Below, piece by piece: positions 32,374 through 40,795 of a stretch of DNA of 64,000 nucleotides (the first letter of the stretch is position 1; each line of letters starts with the position of its first letter). The stretch is from an uncultured Enterobacterales bacterium (lineage in GTDB: Bacteria; Myxococcota_A; UBA796; CAJQPC01). The position numbers and the translations under genes were made by a program. Where the stretch lies: the NCBI GenBank assembly GCA_964610645.1, contig CAZSZE010000012.1:5095-69094 (forward strand), in the 5' to 3' direction. The notes beneath the pieces were generated by a model. It was not told the DNA's origin and searched no databases. It saw nothing but the letters and a program-made list of their open reading frames with translations.

Positions 32374-33071
32374 TAGCTCTCGTCCTTTGCTGCCAGCAAT
32401 GACTGCTGGCTCGACGTGTTGTTGACCCAGTCTTCAAAGGACTCGGCTGACTGAACGATGAGCTCACCACGCATCACCGTGTGGGAGGCACCGCAGATCT
32501 CTGCACAAGCGATCTCATAGGTGCCCTCCACCGTCGCCTCAAACCAACCCGGAATGGACCGGCCTGGGACCGCGTCCTGCTTGAGTCTCAGCTCCCGCAC
32601 AAAGAACGAGTGAAGCACGTCTTTTGACTCGAGTTGAAAGCGGACAATGCCGTCCTTGGGGACGTGCAACTCAGAGACCGTGCCGAAGTCGTCCGCGGTG
32701 TCCAGGACCCCGTCCTCCCCGGCGTAGGTAAAGTCCCAGGCAAACTGGCGAGCCGTCACCCGGACAAGCAGGTCGTGCGCCGGAACATCAATCTTCACTT
32801 CGTCCCAGACCGCGTTGCTGCGAATGTCGATCACCATGTCGCAGATGAAGACCAGTCCCACCGGGACATAGATCCAAGCAAGGGACTTTCGGCTGACCCC
32901 TGGCATCCAGGCTGCGCGGACTTTGTCTTTGCGGCGAAAGGCCACGATCGCGTAGAGAAGCAAGCCTTCGCACACCACCAGCCAGGCGAAAGCCAGCCAC
33001 CAGATGAGAAGAATGATCCCGTCGATGGCAATTCCGGATGAGGAAATTGCGGCAGGTAGGTCACCAGGCAT
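32373..33071 (-). CDS. ctaC: Cytochrome c oxidase subunit II (no fused cytochrome c domain)
   Basis: The ATG at 33071 starts MPGDLPAAI. It has two TM helices. The CuA motif is HSFFV...CAEICGASHTVM. The stop overlaps the ctaD ATG by 1 nt (TAATG). The track ORF to 33869 is over-extended. Confidence 0.9.
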   Translation of the reverse strand: MPGDLPAAISSSGIAIDGIILLIWWLAFAWLVVCEGLLLYAIVAFRRKDKVRAAWMPGVSRKSLAWIYVPVGLVFICDMVIDIRSNAVWDEVKIDVPAHDLLVRVTARQFAWDFTYAGEDGVLDTADDFGTVSELHVPKDGIVRFQLESKDVLHSFFVRELRLKQDAVPGRSIPGWFEATVEGTYEIACAEICGASHTVMRGELIVQSAESFEDWVNNTSSQQSLLAAKDES

Positions 33072-33211
33072 GAGCGAACTCTCCCGTTTCGCGAATTCGA
33101 TTGGGCTAAACGCAATGGTCGTGCCAACTCGGTTGGACGGTAGAAGGCGGGTTTCGGAGCGCTTCCTTCCTGTGGGTGTCCGACAGGGGAGGGCGTACGT
33201 GCCCATCGTTG

Positions 33212-33226
33212 GGCCCACCGTGGGCC
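33212..33226. promoter_or_regulatory. Perfect 15-nt palindrome GGCCCACCGTGGGCC in divergent intergenic region
   Basis: 7-bp arms around a single central base, too tight for a hairpin. It lies ~140 nt upstream of ctaC and ~100 nt upstream of the CRTAC-like gene. Confidence 0.25.
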
Positions 33227-33325
33227 AAACCCCACAGTTTTGCCCGGTGAGGCTGTGCGTTGTTTGCGCCAGGTGTGGTGGGCGGTAGGCACGAACCTGC
33301 TCGAATTTGGGTGTATGATGGGTGT

Positions 33326-34957
33326 ATGAGCAGTGCAGCCCGCTCGGGACGGCGGTTGGCGTGGTGCCTCCCCCTTGCTTGGACCGCTGCCTCGTGCGCG
33401 GGCTGGAAGGATGGCCCAGATCAGGACACGTCCGCGAACCAACGGGAAGTGGTGGATGGTGATCCAAAGAGAGAGGCCTGTTCCGACTTGTCCATGGAGC
33501 CAGGCCAGACCGTTCGGCTGCGCAAGGAGGATGTCCTCGGGCTGGAATTTCCGGATCAGAGAGGGCCGGGGTTGGTGCTTGTAGACCTGAATGAGGATGG
33601 CTGGCTGGACCTGGTCTGGGCGATCCCCGCGGGGGCCTCGAGGATCTTCCTGAACGATGGGGAGGGCCGTTTGGAGCGCGTGGGCGGGACCATTCTAGGT
33701 GGGGACCGCCTGCCTCCGGCCATCGCTGTGGCGGCAGCGGACCTGAACGGGGACGGCGCCACAGACCTTGTGCTTGCGTCGAAGACGGGACATCCCGATC
33801 GGGTCTTGACCCACTTGGGTGGCTTGGACTTTTCCTCCACCAAGCTGCCGGGGAGCGAAGGCGAGTCAAAGACCATCTCCATCGCGGATGCGGACAATGA
33901 TGGTGACCTGGACCTCTTCATTTGTGGGTTCTCCGCCAATGTGCCGGTGAACCCAGAGAGCGACCCGGACTGGGTCGAGCCGCACGGTGAAGGGAACTTC
34001 CTGTATTTGCAGCAGTCCGATGGCAGCTGGCTCCAGGCTTCAGATGCTCTTCCCCCGGAGATTCTGAACTCGCAGTGCTACCAGGGCACCTGGTTGGACA
34101 CCGAGGGAGACGGCGACCTTGATCTCTATGTTTCCAACGAATCGGGAATGCACTTTGTGCCCAACCAGCTTCTGCTGAACGACGGCGACGGGCATTTCGA
34201 CATCGACCCGAACTGCAATTGCGATCTGCCCATCGAGGGTATGGGCGGGGCGCTGGGCGACGTCAACGGGGATGCCCTGCCCGATCTCTACCTGACCGAC
34301 ATCGGGAGAAACCACTTGCTGGTCAACCTGGGCGAGGACGGCTTTGTGAATGAGACGGCGGCGCGGCAGGCCCTCCCGGACCAGGAGAACATCGGGGCTT
34401 CCTGGGGCACCCAGTTCGTGGACTTGAACCGGGATGGGTTGGAAGATCTCGTGACGGCCTATGGGCGCTTGATGCTCGAGGAGCAGGACAGTGCGGAGCA
34501 GGATGTGATCCTTGTCCAGCAGGAGGATGGCCTCTTTCGCGATGTCTCGGTGGAGGTTGGCTTTGATGGGGAGGGCGTGGGAAGGAACGTGGTGGTGGGG
34601 GACTTGGATCGGGATGGTCGACCGGATGTGATCACGGGGGGGGTACAGCTTGACTACGGCTCCTACTTCTTCCGGACCTGGTTTGCTCGGGGGGGCTGCC
34701 CCACAGGGATTCAGCTTGGCTTCCCCCATTCTTTTGGGTTCGGGCCAAGGGTGGAGGTGACGCTGCCAGATGGCCGCACCTACAACCGCTGGCTGGAGAC
34801 CTCGAGCACCTACGGCGCCTCGGCGCCGGAGCTGACCCTTGGGCTGGCCGGTTGGGCTTTCGCCGAAGTGACTGTCCATTGGCCGTGGGGGACGTCAGAA
34901 TCCCTGGGCCAGCTGTCCGCTGGGGCCGTTCTTGAGGTCGCTCAGACCGACCGGTGA
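33326..34957 (+). CDS. CRTAC1-family protein (FG-GAP/VCBS repeats + ASPIC/UnbV C-terminal domain)
   Basis: The ATG at 33326 gives a signal peptide plus lipobox-like LAWTAASC. Repeats include DLNEDGWLD, DLNGDGATD, DADNDGDLD, DTEGDGDLD, DVNGDALPD, DLNRDGLED and DLDRDGRPD. The C-terminal RVEVTLPDGRTYNRW...TVHWPWG is typical of the UnbV/ASPIC domain. Confidence 0.8.
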   Translation: MSSAARSGRRLAWCLPLAWTAASCAGWKDGPDQDTSANQREVVDGDPKREACSDLSMEPGQTVRLRKEDVLGLEFPDQRGPGLVLVDLNEDGWLDLVWAIPAGASRIFLNDGEGRLERVGGTILGGDRLPPAIAVAAADLNGDGATDLVLASKTGHPDRVLTHLGGLDFSSTKLPGSEGESKTISIADADNDGDLDLFICGFSANVPVNPESDPDWVEPHGEGNFLYLQQSDGSWLQASDALPPEILNSQCYQGTWLDTEGDGDLDLYVSNESGMHFVPNQLLLNDGDGHFDIDPNCNCDLPIEGMGGALGDVNGDALPDLYLTDIGRNHLLVNLGEDGFVNETAARQALPDQENIGASWGTQFVDLNRDGLEDLVTAYGRLMLEEQDSAEQDVILVQQEDGLFRDVSVEVGFDGEGVGRNVVVGDLDRDGRPDVITGGVQLDYGSYFFRTWFARGGCPTGIQLGFPHSFGFGPRVEVTLPDGRTYNRWLETSSTYGASAPELTLGLAGWAFAEVTVHWPWGTSESLGQLSAGAVLEVAQTDR

Positions 34958-34958
34958 A

Positions 34959-36113
34959 CTACCGGGGCGTCACCACGCCAGCGCTGTTGGCCCAGGCGAT
35001 CTCGGCAAAGTAGGTCACGGTGTCTTCGCCGCTGATCTGCCGGGTGTCCGTCCATTCGAGGGCACCGTTGAGGTACACGTTCATGGTGACGGGGTTTGCG
35101 CCTTCATAGGAGCTGCCCGGGTAGTCGTGCACGGCAATGGTGTAGGTGCCGTTTGTGGGCGACTTGATGTTGATGTTCTCCGGGCCGGTCCCCGTGATGT
35201 CATCCAGGTCCAGGGACGGGTCGTCGTCGGTGCTGCTTGCGCTGCCCCAGTTCACGCCGCTCCAGGTGCAGTTGCGCCAGTGGCAGTCCGTGTCGTTGTC
35301 CCAGCTTGACCCGTCTTCGTAGTAGCCGCCCGGGGCGATGAGGTGCAGGTCCATGTCGTCGCCGGGATGGGTCCAGTACATCTCAATCCACATGTCCTCG
35401 TCCGGCGCGGACGTCACGGTGGTGCGGCACGGGGCCGACTGCATGCCGGAGTCGTTGGTCACGATCAACTGGCCGACGTACTCCCCGGCGAGGTCCGGGT
35501 AGAAACCGGTGCGGTTGGCCCCGCCTCCGGGCATGCCCACTGCGGACCCGCTGGGTGCGGTGATGAGGGTCCAGTCCCAGGACACCAGCGTGCCACCGGT
35601 GTTGTCGTAGCTGTCCTCGCCCCACCAGGTGACCGGGTCCACGAGGGGTTCCACTGTGTCGGGACGCGCTTCGCACACGGCGACGGGGACGTCCAGGGAG
35701 TTCCCAAACAGGTCCACGATCACTTCCGGCTCGTAGACATCACTGCTCTGCACCAGCACCTCGCCGACGGACTCGGCGCCAGACGGAATCAGTGAGACTT
35801 CAATCTCCACGGTTTCAGAAGCCAGCATGGCCGTAGGCCACCACTCGGTGAGAATGGAGAAGTCAGAGGAGCCCGACAACGTGATGTCCTGGATCTCCAG
35901 GGTGGCGTTGCCGACGTTGGTGATGGTGAAGCTCTTCACCTGGACGTCGGTCACCGCTTCAATGTTGTACGTAAGCTGCGTGGGTTCCACCAGAATGTGT
36001 GCACCCAGCGCGTCATCCTTGTTGGTCTCGTTCAGGCTGTAGTCTGAACAAGCGGTCGCACCCGAAAGGAGGGCGAATGCAAACAAGACGCAGGGAGAGG
36101 GACGACACACCAT
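34959..36113 (-). CDS. Secreted lipoprotein with Ig-like/choice-of-anchor-like N-domain and YfaP(DUF2135)-like C-terminal domain
   Basis: Signal peptide plus lipobox (LFAFALLSGATAC). The segment FTITNVGNATLEIQDITLSG is typical of ASH/choice-of-anchor-D-type Ig domains. The C-terminal pattern DDMDLHLIAPGG...DLDDITGTGPENINI...GTYTIAVHDY is present. Domain names are from memory only. Confidence 0.6.
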   Translation of the reverse strand: MVCRPSPCVLFAFALLSGATACSDYSLNETNKDDALGAHILVEPTQLTYNIEAVTDVQVKSFTITNVGNATLEIQDITLSGSSDFSILTEWWPTAMLASETVEIEVSLIPSGAESVGEVLVQSSDVYEPEVIVDLFGNSLDVPVAVCEARPDTVEPLVDPVTWWGEDSYDNTGGTLVSWDWTLITAPSGSAVGMPGGGANRTGFYPDLAGEYVGQLIVTNDSGMQSAPCRTTVTSAPDEDMWIEMYWTHPGDDMDLHLIAPGGYYEDGSSWDNDTDCHWRNCTWSGVNWGSASSTDDDPSLDLDDITGTGPENINIKSPTNGTYTIAVHDYPGSSYEGANPVTMNVYLNGALEWTDTRQISGEDTVTYFAEIAWANSAGVVTPR

Positions 36114-36274
36114 GGGAACCTCCGGGCAACGAGCGCCTTATGCCCACCTGCACCGGGGGGTGTCAAGGAAAAAACCAGGAAAACACCGCTCCTGCTTATG
36201 TTGTCAGGCGCAGGTCAGGACAATTTCCCTCCCGGTGGCATTGCATGATCTCCGAAACAAACTCGGAGGCACCC

Positions 36275-36397
36275 ATGTCCAACTCCTCACATTCCCGCTC
36301 ACCTTTCGTGAGTCTCACACGCCGACGTTGCCGTCCAGCCGAACACCTTGTCGGTCCTCCTTATTTATTTTGTGTAACCTTTCGGGTTCTACCCTAA
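36275..36397 (+). CDS. Possible 40-aa small ORF with strong Shine-Dalgarno sequence (uncertain)
   Basis: GGAGG lies 5 nt before the ATG at 36275. Translation is MSNSSHSRSPFVSLTRRRCRPAEHLVGPPYLFCVTFRVLP-stop. It sits in the 318-nt intergenic region upstream of the MerR gene. No family was recognised. Confidence 0.2.
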   Translation: MSNSSHSRSPFVSLTRRRCRPAEHLVGPPYLFCVTFRVLP

Positions 36398-36404
36398 ACA
36401 TGAT

Positions 36405-36418
36405 AGTGTCTCTACACT
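36405..36418. promoter_or_regulatory. Inverted repeat AGTGT-CTCT-ACACT just upstream of the MerR gene (candidate operator)
   Basis: Read directly at 36405-36418, with arms extendable to 6/8 matches (GATAGTGT / ACACTGAC). It lies 14 nt before the first possible MerR start. Confidence 0.25.
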
Positions 36419-36431
36419 GACGGAGACATGC

Positions 36432-37157
36432 ATGTCGGGGAGCGTTCAGGGCTGCGGGATCACGATGGGCGAGCTGATGCGCCTGACGGGCGTCAGCCGG
36501 GCGACCATCTACCACTACCTGGAGGTCGGGCTGCTCCCCCAGCCCGAGCGACCCAACCTGCGGATGGCCTACTACGACCCGGGCTGCGTGGATCGGGTCC
36601 GCGTCATCCTGGACCTCAAGGAGCGGCGATTCATGCCGCTGGACGCGATCAAGCGTGTCTTCGACGACGGCGGCCTCGATGGGCTCCACGACCTCGACGG
36701 CCGGCTGCTGCGGGCCATGCGACGGGACGCCGACGAGGGGGGCGACGCCATTGGCCGCGCCGAGCTCCTTGAGCAGCACCCGGTCGCCTCAGAGGTCCTG
36801 GAGTCCCTGGCGGGCGCCGGGCTGGTGGCTTCGGCCGACGGGCCCTTCTGCACTGAAGAGGTCGAGGTCGTGGCGGCGGTGCACGAGATGCGGGAGGCGG
36901 GGCTCAACGAGGATCTCGGCTTCTCGGTGGACCAGATGGGCCTGTACACTGCGGCGTTGCAGACCCTGATCGACCTCGAGCTCGCCACCTTCAACGAGCG
37001 CGTGCTCGGCGCGGTCTCCCCCGAGCGGGCCGCGCCGATGGCCCATGTCGCCGTGGAGGCAACCTCGAGGATGCTGGGCGCGCTACACCGCCGACTGCTG
37101 CGCGATCGCCTCGAAGGCCTCGTCGCCGCGACGGATTCCACGAAGGAGAGACAATGA
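36432..37157 (+). CDS. MerR-family transcriptional regulator
   Basis: The N-terminal HTH is MGELMRLTGVSRATIYHYLEVGLLP, followed by a helical C-terminal domain. An alternative start lies at 36465. The stop overlaps the next ATG (ATGA). Confidence 0.85.
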   Translation: MSGSVQGCGITMGELMRLTGVSRATIYHYLEVGLLPQPERPNLRMAYYDPGCVDRVRVILDLKERRFMPLDAIKRVFDDGGLDGLHDLDGRLLRAMRRDADEGGDAIGRAELLEQHPVASEVLESLAGAGLVASADGPFCTEEVEVVAAVHEMREAGLNEDLGFSVDQMGLYTAALQTLIDLELATFNERVLGAVSPERAAPMAHVAVEATSRMLGALHRRLLRDRLEGLVAATDSTKERQ

Positions 37158-38809
37158 AGAAGCAGTTCGACGTGATCGTCGTCGGTGCGGGCATCAACGG
37201 CCTGGCCTGCGGTGCCTACCTGGCCCGCGCGGGGCTGGATGTCGCCGTGGTCGAGCGCCGCAACGAGTGCGGCCCGTTCGCCATGACCGAGGACATCTTC
37301 GGGGCCGGCGTCCCGGTGGACACTCACGCGGGGGTCTGCTTCTTGCCGATGTCCCCGGTTTGGGGCGACCTCGAGCTGGGCCGATTCGGCCTCGACCTGA
37401 TCCTCCCCGAGATCCCTGCCGGGACGCTCTGGAAGGACCGGAACCTGCTGTACTCGTACAACCCGGTGAAGAACGCCGAGGCGGTCGGTCGGTTCAACAA
37501 GAAGGACGGCGAGACATTCTTGAACTTGACCACCCGGTTTCTCCCCCACATGGTCGAGGTGGCGCAGCGAGCCATCTTCAGCCCACCGTCCGAGGAAGGG
37601 GAGGACTACCTGTTCTCCCTGGGCGAGCTTGTCGGGTTCTCTGCCGCCGATCTGAGGACAATGAACGGCGTAGAGCTGCTGGAGCTGCTGTACGACGACG
37701 ACCATGTCCGCATGAGCCTGCTCGGTGTCGCCAACATCGGCGTCTTCGGCGACCCGGGCGAGAAGGGCGAGGGCGCGATCATGACGCTGCTGACGTGGGC
37801 CCTCTCCATCGGGGTTCCGCGTGGCGGGATGCACAACCTGGTGCACGCCCTGGTTCGCTGCTTCCGGAGCCACGGGGGCACACTGCTGCTCAACGCGCCG
37901 GTCGAGCAGGTCACCTGGTCGGCGGGCAAGCCCGACGGTGTCGTCCTGTCTGAGCACTCCGCCTACGGCCCCCTGGAGCTGTCGGCTACCGACGCGGTCG
38001 TCATGCACACCAGCCCCCCGATCGCCCGCCAACTCCTGGGTGAGCACGAGCTGAAGCGCCACGATCCGGCGCTTGCCCGCAAGATGGAGCACTGGGACAT
38101 GACCGGCCACTGCGCCTTCACGTCCTACTTCCTGCTCGACCGCCCCCCGCCGTGGGGGTCGGCTTCGTGGGACGCCGGTGTCAACAAGTGCGCCTTTCCC
38201 CTGCGCGCGTGGGACACCTGGGAGGAGGCCAAGCTGTCCTTCCAGCACGGCACCAACGAGGAGCTCTTCGACGTCGCCGGTGACGTGGGCGAAATGTACA
38301 ACCTGTCGCCCATCGACCCGAGCCGCCGCTCCCCTGACGGGCGCTCAGTGATCGTCTTCGAGATGGAGTACCCGGTGAACCTGCGCCGCTTCGGCGGCAA
38401 AGAGGCGTGGGACGACCGGGCGATCACCGATCGGCTGCACGCCGAGCACAAGGCCGACCTCGAGCGCCTCGCACCGGGAATCTCCAAGCACATCGTCAAC
38501 GAGTCCTACTCGACCCCGATGGACAACTGGCGGCGCAACCCGTCGGCGATCTACGGGCACGAGCTGGGCGGCGACGTCAGCGGCGGCCAGTGGTACCTCG
38601 GCCGGATGCCCAACCGGAGCGACATCGACGGGCTGTACTTCAGCCAGGGGGTCTGGCCGGCCTCGCTGACGCACCTGGGCAACGCCTACGTCACCGCCGG
38701 CTGCGTCGCGGAGGACCTGGGGGTCCGGGACAAGGAGTGGTGGTGCCACCGCCCCTTCGACTTCTTGATCGAGAACCCGCCGCCGATGGGAGGGCGCCGC
38801 CGTGGCTGA
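37154..38809 (+). CDS. FAD-dependent oxidoreductase, phytoene desaturase (CrtI)-family-like, copy 1
   Basis: The N-terminal dinucleotide-binding motif is FDVIVVGAGINGLACGAYLARAGLDVAVVERR. At 551 aa the length is typical of CrtI-like amine-oxidase-fold enzymes. Confidence 0.75.
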   Translation: MKKQFDVIVVGAGINGLACGAYLARAGLDVAVVERRNECGPFAMTEDIFGAGVPVDTHAGVCFLPMSPVWGDLELGRFGLDLILPEIPAGTLWKDRNLLYSYNPVKNAEAVGRFNKKDGETFLNLTTRFLPHMVEVAQRAIFSPPSEEGEDYLFSLGELVGFSAADLRTMNGVELLELLYDDDHVRMSLLGVANIGVFGDPGEKGEGAIMTLLTWALSIGVPRGGMHNLVHALVRCFRSHGGTLLLNAPVEQVTWSAGKPDGVVLSEHSAYGPLELSATDAVVMHTSPPIARQLLGEHELKRHDPALARKMEHWDMTGHCAFTSYFLLDRPPPWGSASWDAGVNKCAFPLRAWDTWEEAKLSFQHGTNEELFDVAGDVGEMYNLSPIDPSRRSPDGRSVIVFEMEYPVNLRRFGGKEAWDDRAITDRLHAEHKADLERLAPGISKHIVNESYSTPMDNWRRNPSAIYGHELGGDVSGGQWYLGRMPNRSDIDGLYFSQGVWPASLTHLGNAYVTAGCVAEDLGVRDKEWWCHRPFDFLIENPPPMGGRRRG

Positions 38810-40484
38810 CAACGAGACCCAGTATGACGTCATCGTCCTGGGCGCGGGCCCCAACGGGCTGACCTGCGCCGCCTACCTGGCTCGCGCGGGCGCGAAGGTC
38901 GCCCTGGTCGAGCGGAACACGGAGACCGGCGGGGGACTGGTCACCGAGGAGTTGTGCGGGTTCAAGATGAACTTCCACGCCACCTACATGATGCTCGGCG
39001 AGCAGATGCCGCCCCACACGGACCTGGACCTGGGCGCCGGCGGCGTTCGGTACGTTCGGCCCGAGCAGCAGGCCTCGTTTCTGTTCGACGGGCACGAGTC
39101 GCTGACGCTGTACACCGACATCGAGCGCTCGGTCGCCAGCATCGCGGCGCTGTGCCCGGCCGACGCCGATCCTGCCCGACGGCTGCTGACCGAGACGGCG
39201 AGCTTGTGCGAGGCCTTCCTGGTGCCGGCGACCTACGTCCCAGCGGTAGAGCCGATCGAGCAAATGTTGCTGCTACGGGACTCTGACGCGGTCGGCGATC
39301 GCATCGCGGAGATCTCTGAGGATTCGCCGCGGGAGTACATCGAGTCGTTCGGGTTCCGGGACCCGCGCGTGCTTGCGGGCTTTCTGTACCTGGTCTCGAT
39401 GTTTGGGCTGGACCCCGAGGAGGGGGGCATGGGCTTCCTGGCTCCCATCTACCTGCACCGGATGACGCAGGCCGCGCTGGTGCGGGGAGGCTCCCACCAG
39501 CTGTCCTCGACCCTGCGGCGAAAGGTCGAGGAGGCCGGCGGCAAGGTCCTGGTGGGGCGCGGAGCGCAGCAGATCGTGACTGAGGGCGGTCGGGCGGTCG
39601 GCGTCGTGCTGGAGGGGGGCCGCGAGCTGCGGGCCCGGGCGGTCGTCAGTACGCTGAACCCCGAGCAGACGTTCCTGCAGCTCCTGGAGGGCGGCCCGGT
39701 ACCGGTCGACGTGACCGACGCGGCCGCCGCCTACGAGTGGGAAAAGACCAGCATGTTCGTCGGGAACTGGGGGATCCTCGGTGGGGCGCCGCGCTACGAG
39801 GGCTGGCCGGACCACGTCGACCAGTCGCTGCTCGTGGCGATGGGGTACGAGTCCCCCGATGACGTCCTGGGGCACCTGCAGGAGGTGGCCGCGGGCGACA
39901 CCAGCCGGATGGCCGGTCACGGGACGGTCTGCTCGCTGCACGACCCGTTGATGGCCCCCGGTCACGTGCCTTTCGGGTCCCCGCACTCGATCCGGTGGGA
40001 GTCCTGGGCGCCGTTCGACGCCGACTGGAATCGCTGCACCGCCGACTACGCCGAGCGGGCGCTGGCGACGTGGACGCGGTACGCGCCGAACCTGGCATCG
40101 GCCAACATCCGGGCCTCCGTCCCGTGGTCTCCGCGGGACATCGAGCAGCACCTGCCGACCATGAAGCGCGGATCGATCAAGCACGGGGCCTACACCTCGC
40201 TGCAGATGGGGCACAACCGGCCGTTCCCGGACTGTACGAGCTATCGCACGCCGCTGGACGGGCTGTACGTCGGCGGCGCGAGCACCCACCCCGGCGGAAT
40301 GGTGATCCTGGGGCCGGGCTACAACTCGGCCCGGATCGTCGCCCACGATCTGGACCTGGACGTCTGGTGGGACGAGCCGGAGATGGTGGTCGCCGCCCGG
40401 GAGCGCGGGTACTTGCCCGACCCGGATGCGTTCGGCGCCGTCGGCGCGGTCGACAACGATCCGGCCCCCTGGATGCCGCGATGA
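38802..40484 (+). CDS. FAD-dependent oxidoreductase, phytoene desaturase (CrtI)-family-like, copy 2
   Basis: The dinucleotide-binding motif is YDVIVLGAGPNGLTCAAYLARAGAKVALVERN. The C-terminal LYVGGASTHPGGMV is typical of the family. It overlaps copy 1 by 8 nt. Confidence 0.75.
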   Translation: MADNETQYDVIVLGAGPNGLTCAAYLARAGAKVALVERNTETGGGLVTEELCGFKMNFHATYMMLGEQMPPHTDLDLGAGGVRYVRPEQQASFLFDGHESLTLYTDIERSVASIAALCPADADPARRLLTETASLCEAFLVPATYVPAVEPIEQMLLLRDSDAVGDRIAEISEDSPREYIESFGFRDPRVLAGFLYLVSMFGLDPEEGGMGFLAPIYLHRMTQAALVRGGSHQLSSTLRRKVEEAGGKVLVGRGAQQIVTEGGRAVGVVLEGGRELRARAVVSTLNPEQTFLQLLEGGPVPVDVTDAAAAYEWEKTSMFVGNWGILGGAPRYEGWPDHVDQSLLVAMGYESPDDVLGHLQEVAAGDTSRMAGHGTVCSLHDPLMAPGHVPFGSPHSIRWESWAPFDADWNRCTADYAERALATWTRYAPNLASANIRASVPWSPRDIEQHLPTMKRGSIKHGAYTSLQMGHNRPFPDCTSYRTPLDGLYVGGASTHPGGMVILGPGYNSARIVAHDLDLDVWWDEPEMVVAARERGYLPDPDAFGAVGAVDNDPAPWMPR

Positions 40485-40795
40485 GGCTGGCATCCAAGGG
40501 ACTGGGAAAGATGACGCTGCCCTTCCGGCTGTCCGAGGCGGACGTCGTCCTGGAGGATGGAGAGTTGATGTTCCAAGGGGTGATCAAGGAGCGTACGGTC
40601 AACTGGCCGTACCGGGCACAGCTGCAGGAGTCCGACATCGTCGGGTTCGTGGTGCTCGCGCGCCGGCCCGAGGTCGTGCGCTTCGTGGCCGAGCAGATCG
40701 GCCTGCGGCTGGTCGGTGCGCTGTTGGGGGCGACGCTCCAGCTGCTGGCCCACCCGTTCCGGCGGCAGCGCGCCCAGGAGGAGTCGAAGTCGTGA
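40481..40795 (+). CDS. Small protein (104 aa), unknown; tandem paralog 1
   Basis: The ATG at 40481 overlaps the upstream stop (ATGA). The sequence is MRLASKGLGKMTLPF..., with a hydrophobic C-terminal segment (LVGALLGATLQLLA). Codon usage is the same as the flanking flavoprotein genes. Confidence 0.5.
   Translation: MRLASKGLGKMTLPFRLSEADVVLEDGELMFQGVIKERTVNWPYRAQLQESDIVGFVVLARRPEVVRFVAEQIGLRLVGALLGATLQLLAHPFRRQRAQEESKS

Noticed and set aside
32373-33869. Long N-terminal extensions in the ORF track. Examples are ctaC called as 498 aa, 27933-29234 as 433 aa, 29194-29973 as 259 aa, 13292-14743 as 483 aa, 5406-6503, 18841-20529 and 22072-23664.
   Set aside because: The extensions are Pro/Arg/Gly-rich with no homology-like features. 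They overlap upstream genes or intergenic regulatory regions. Internal starts with Shine-Dalgarno sequences give products of canonical length and canonical N-termini (signal peptides, family start motifs).
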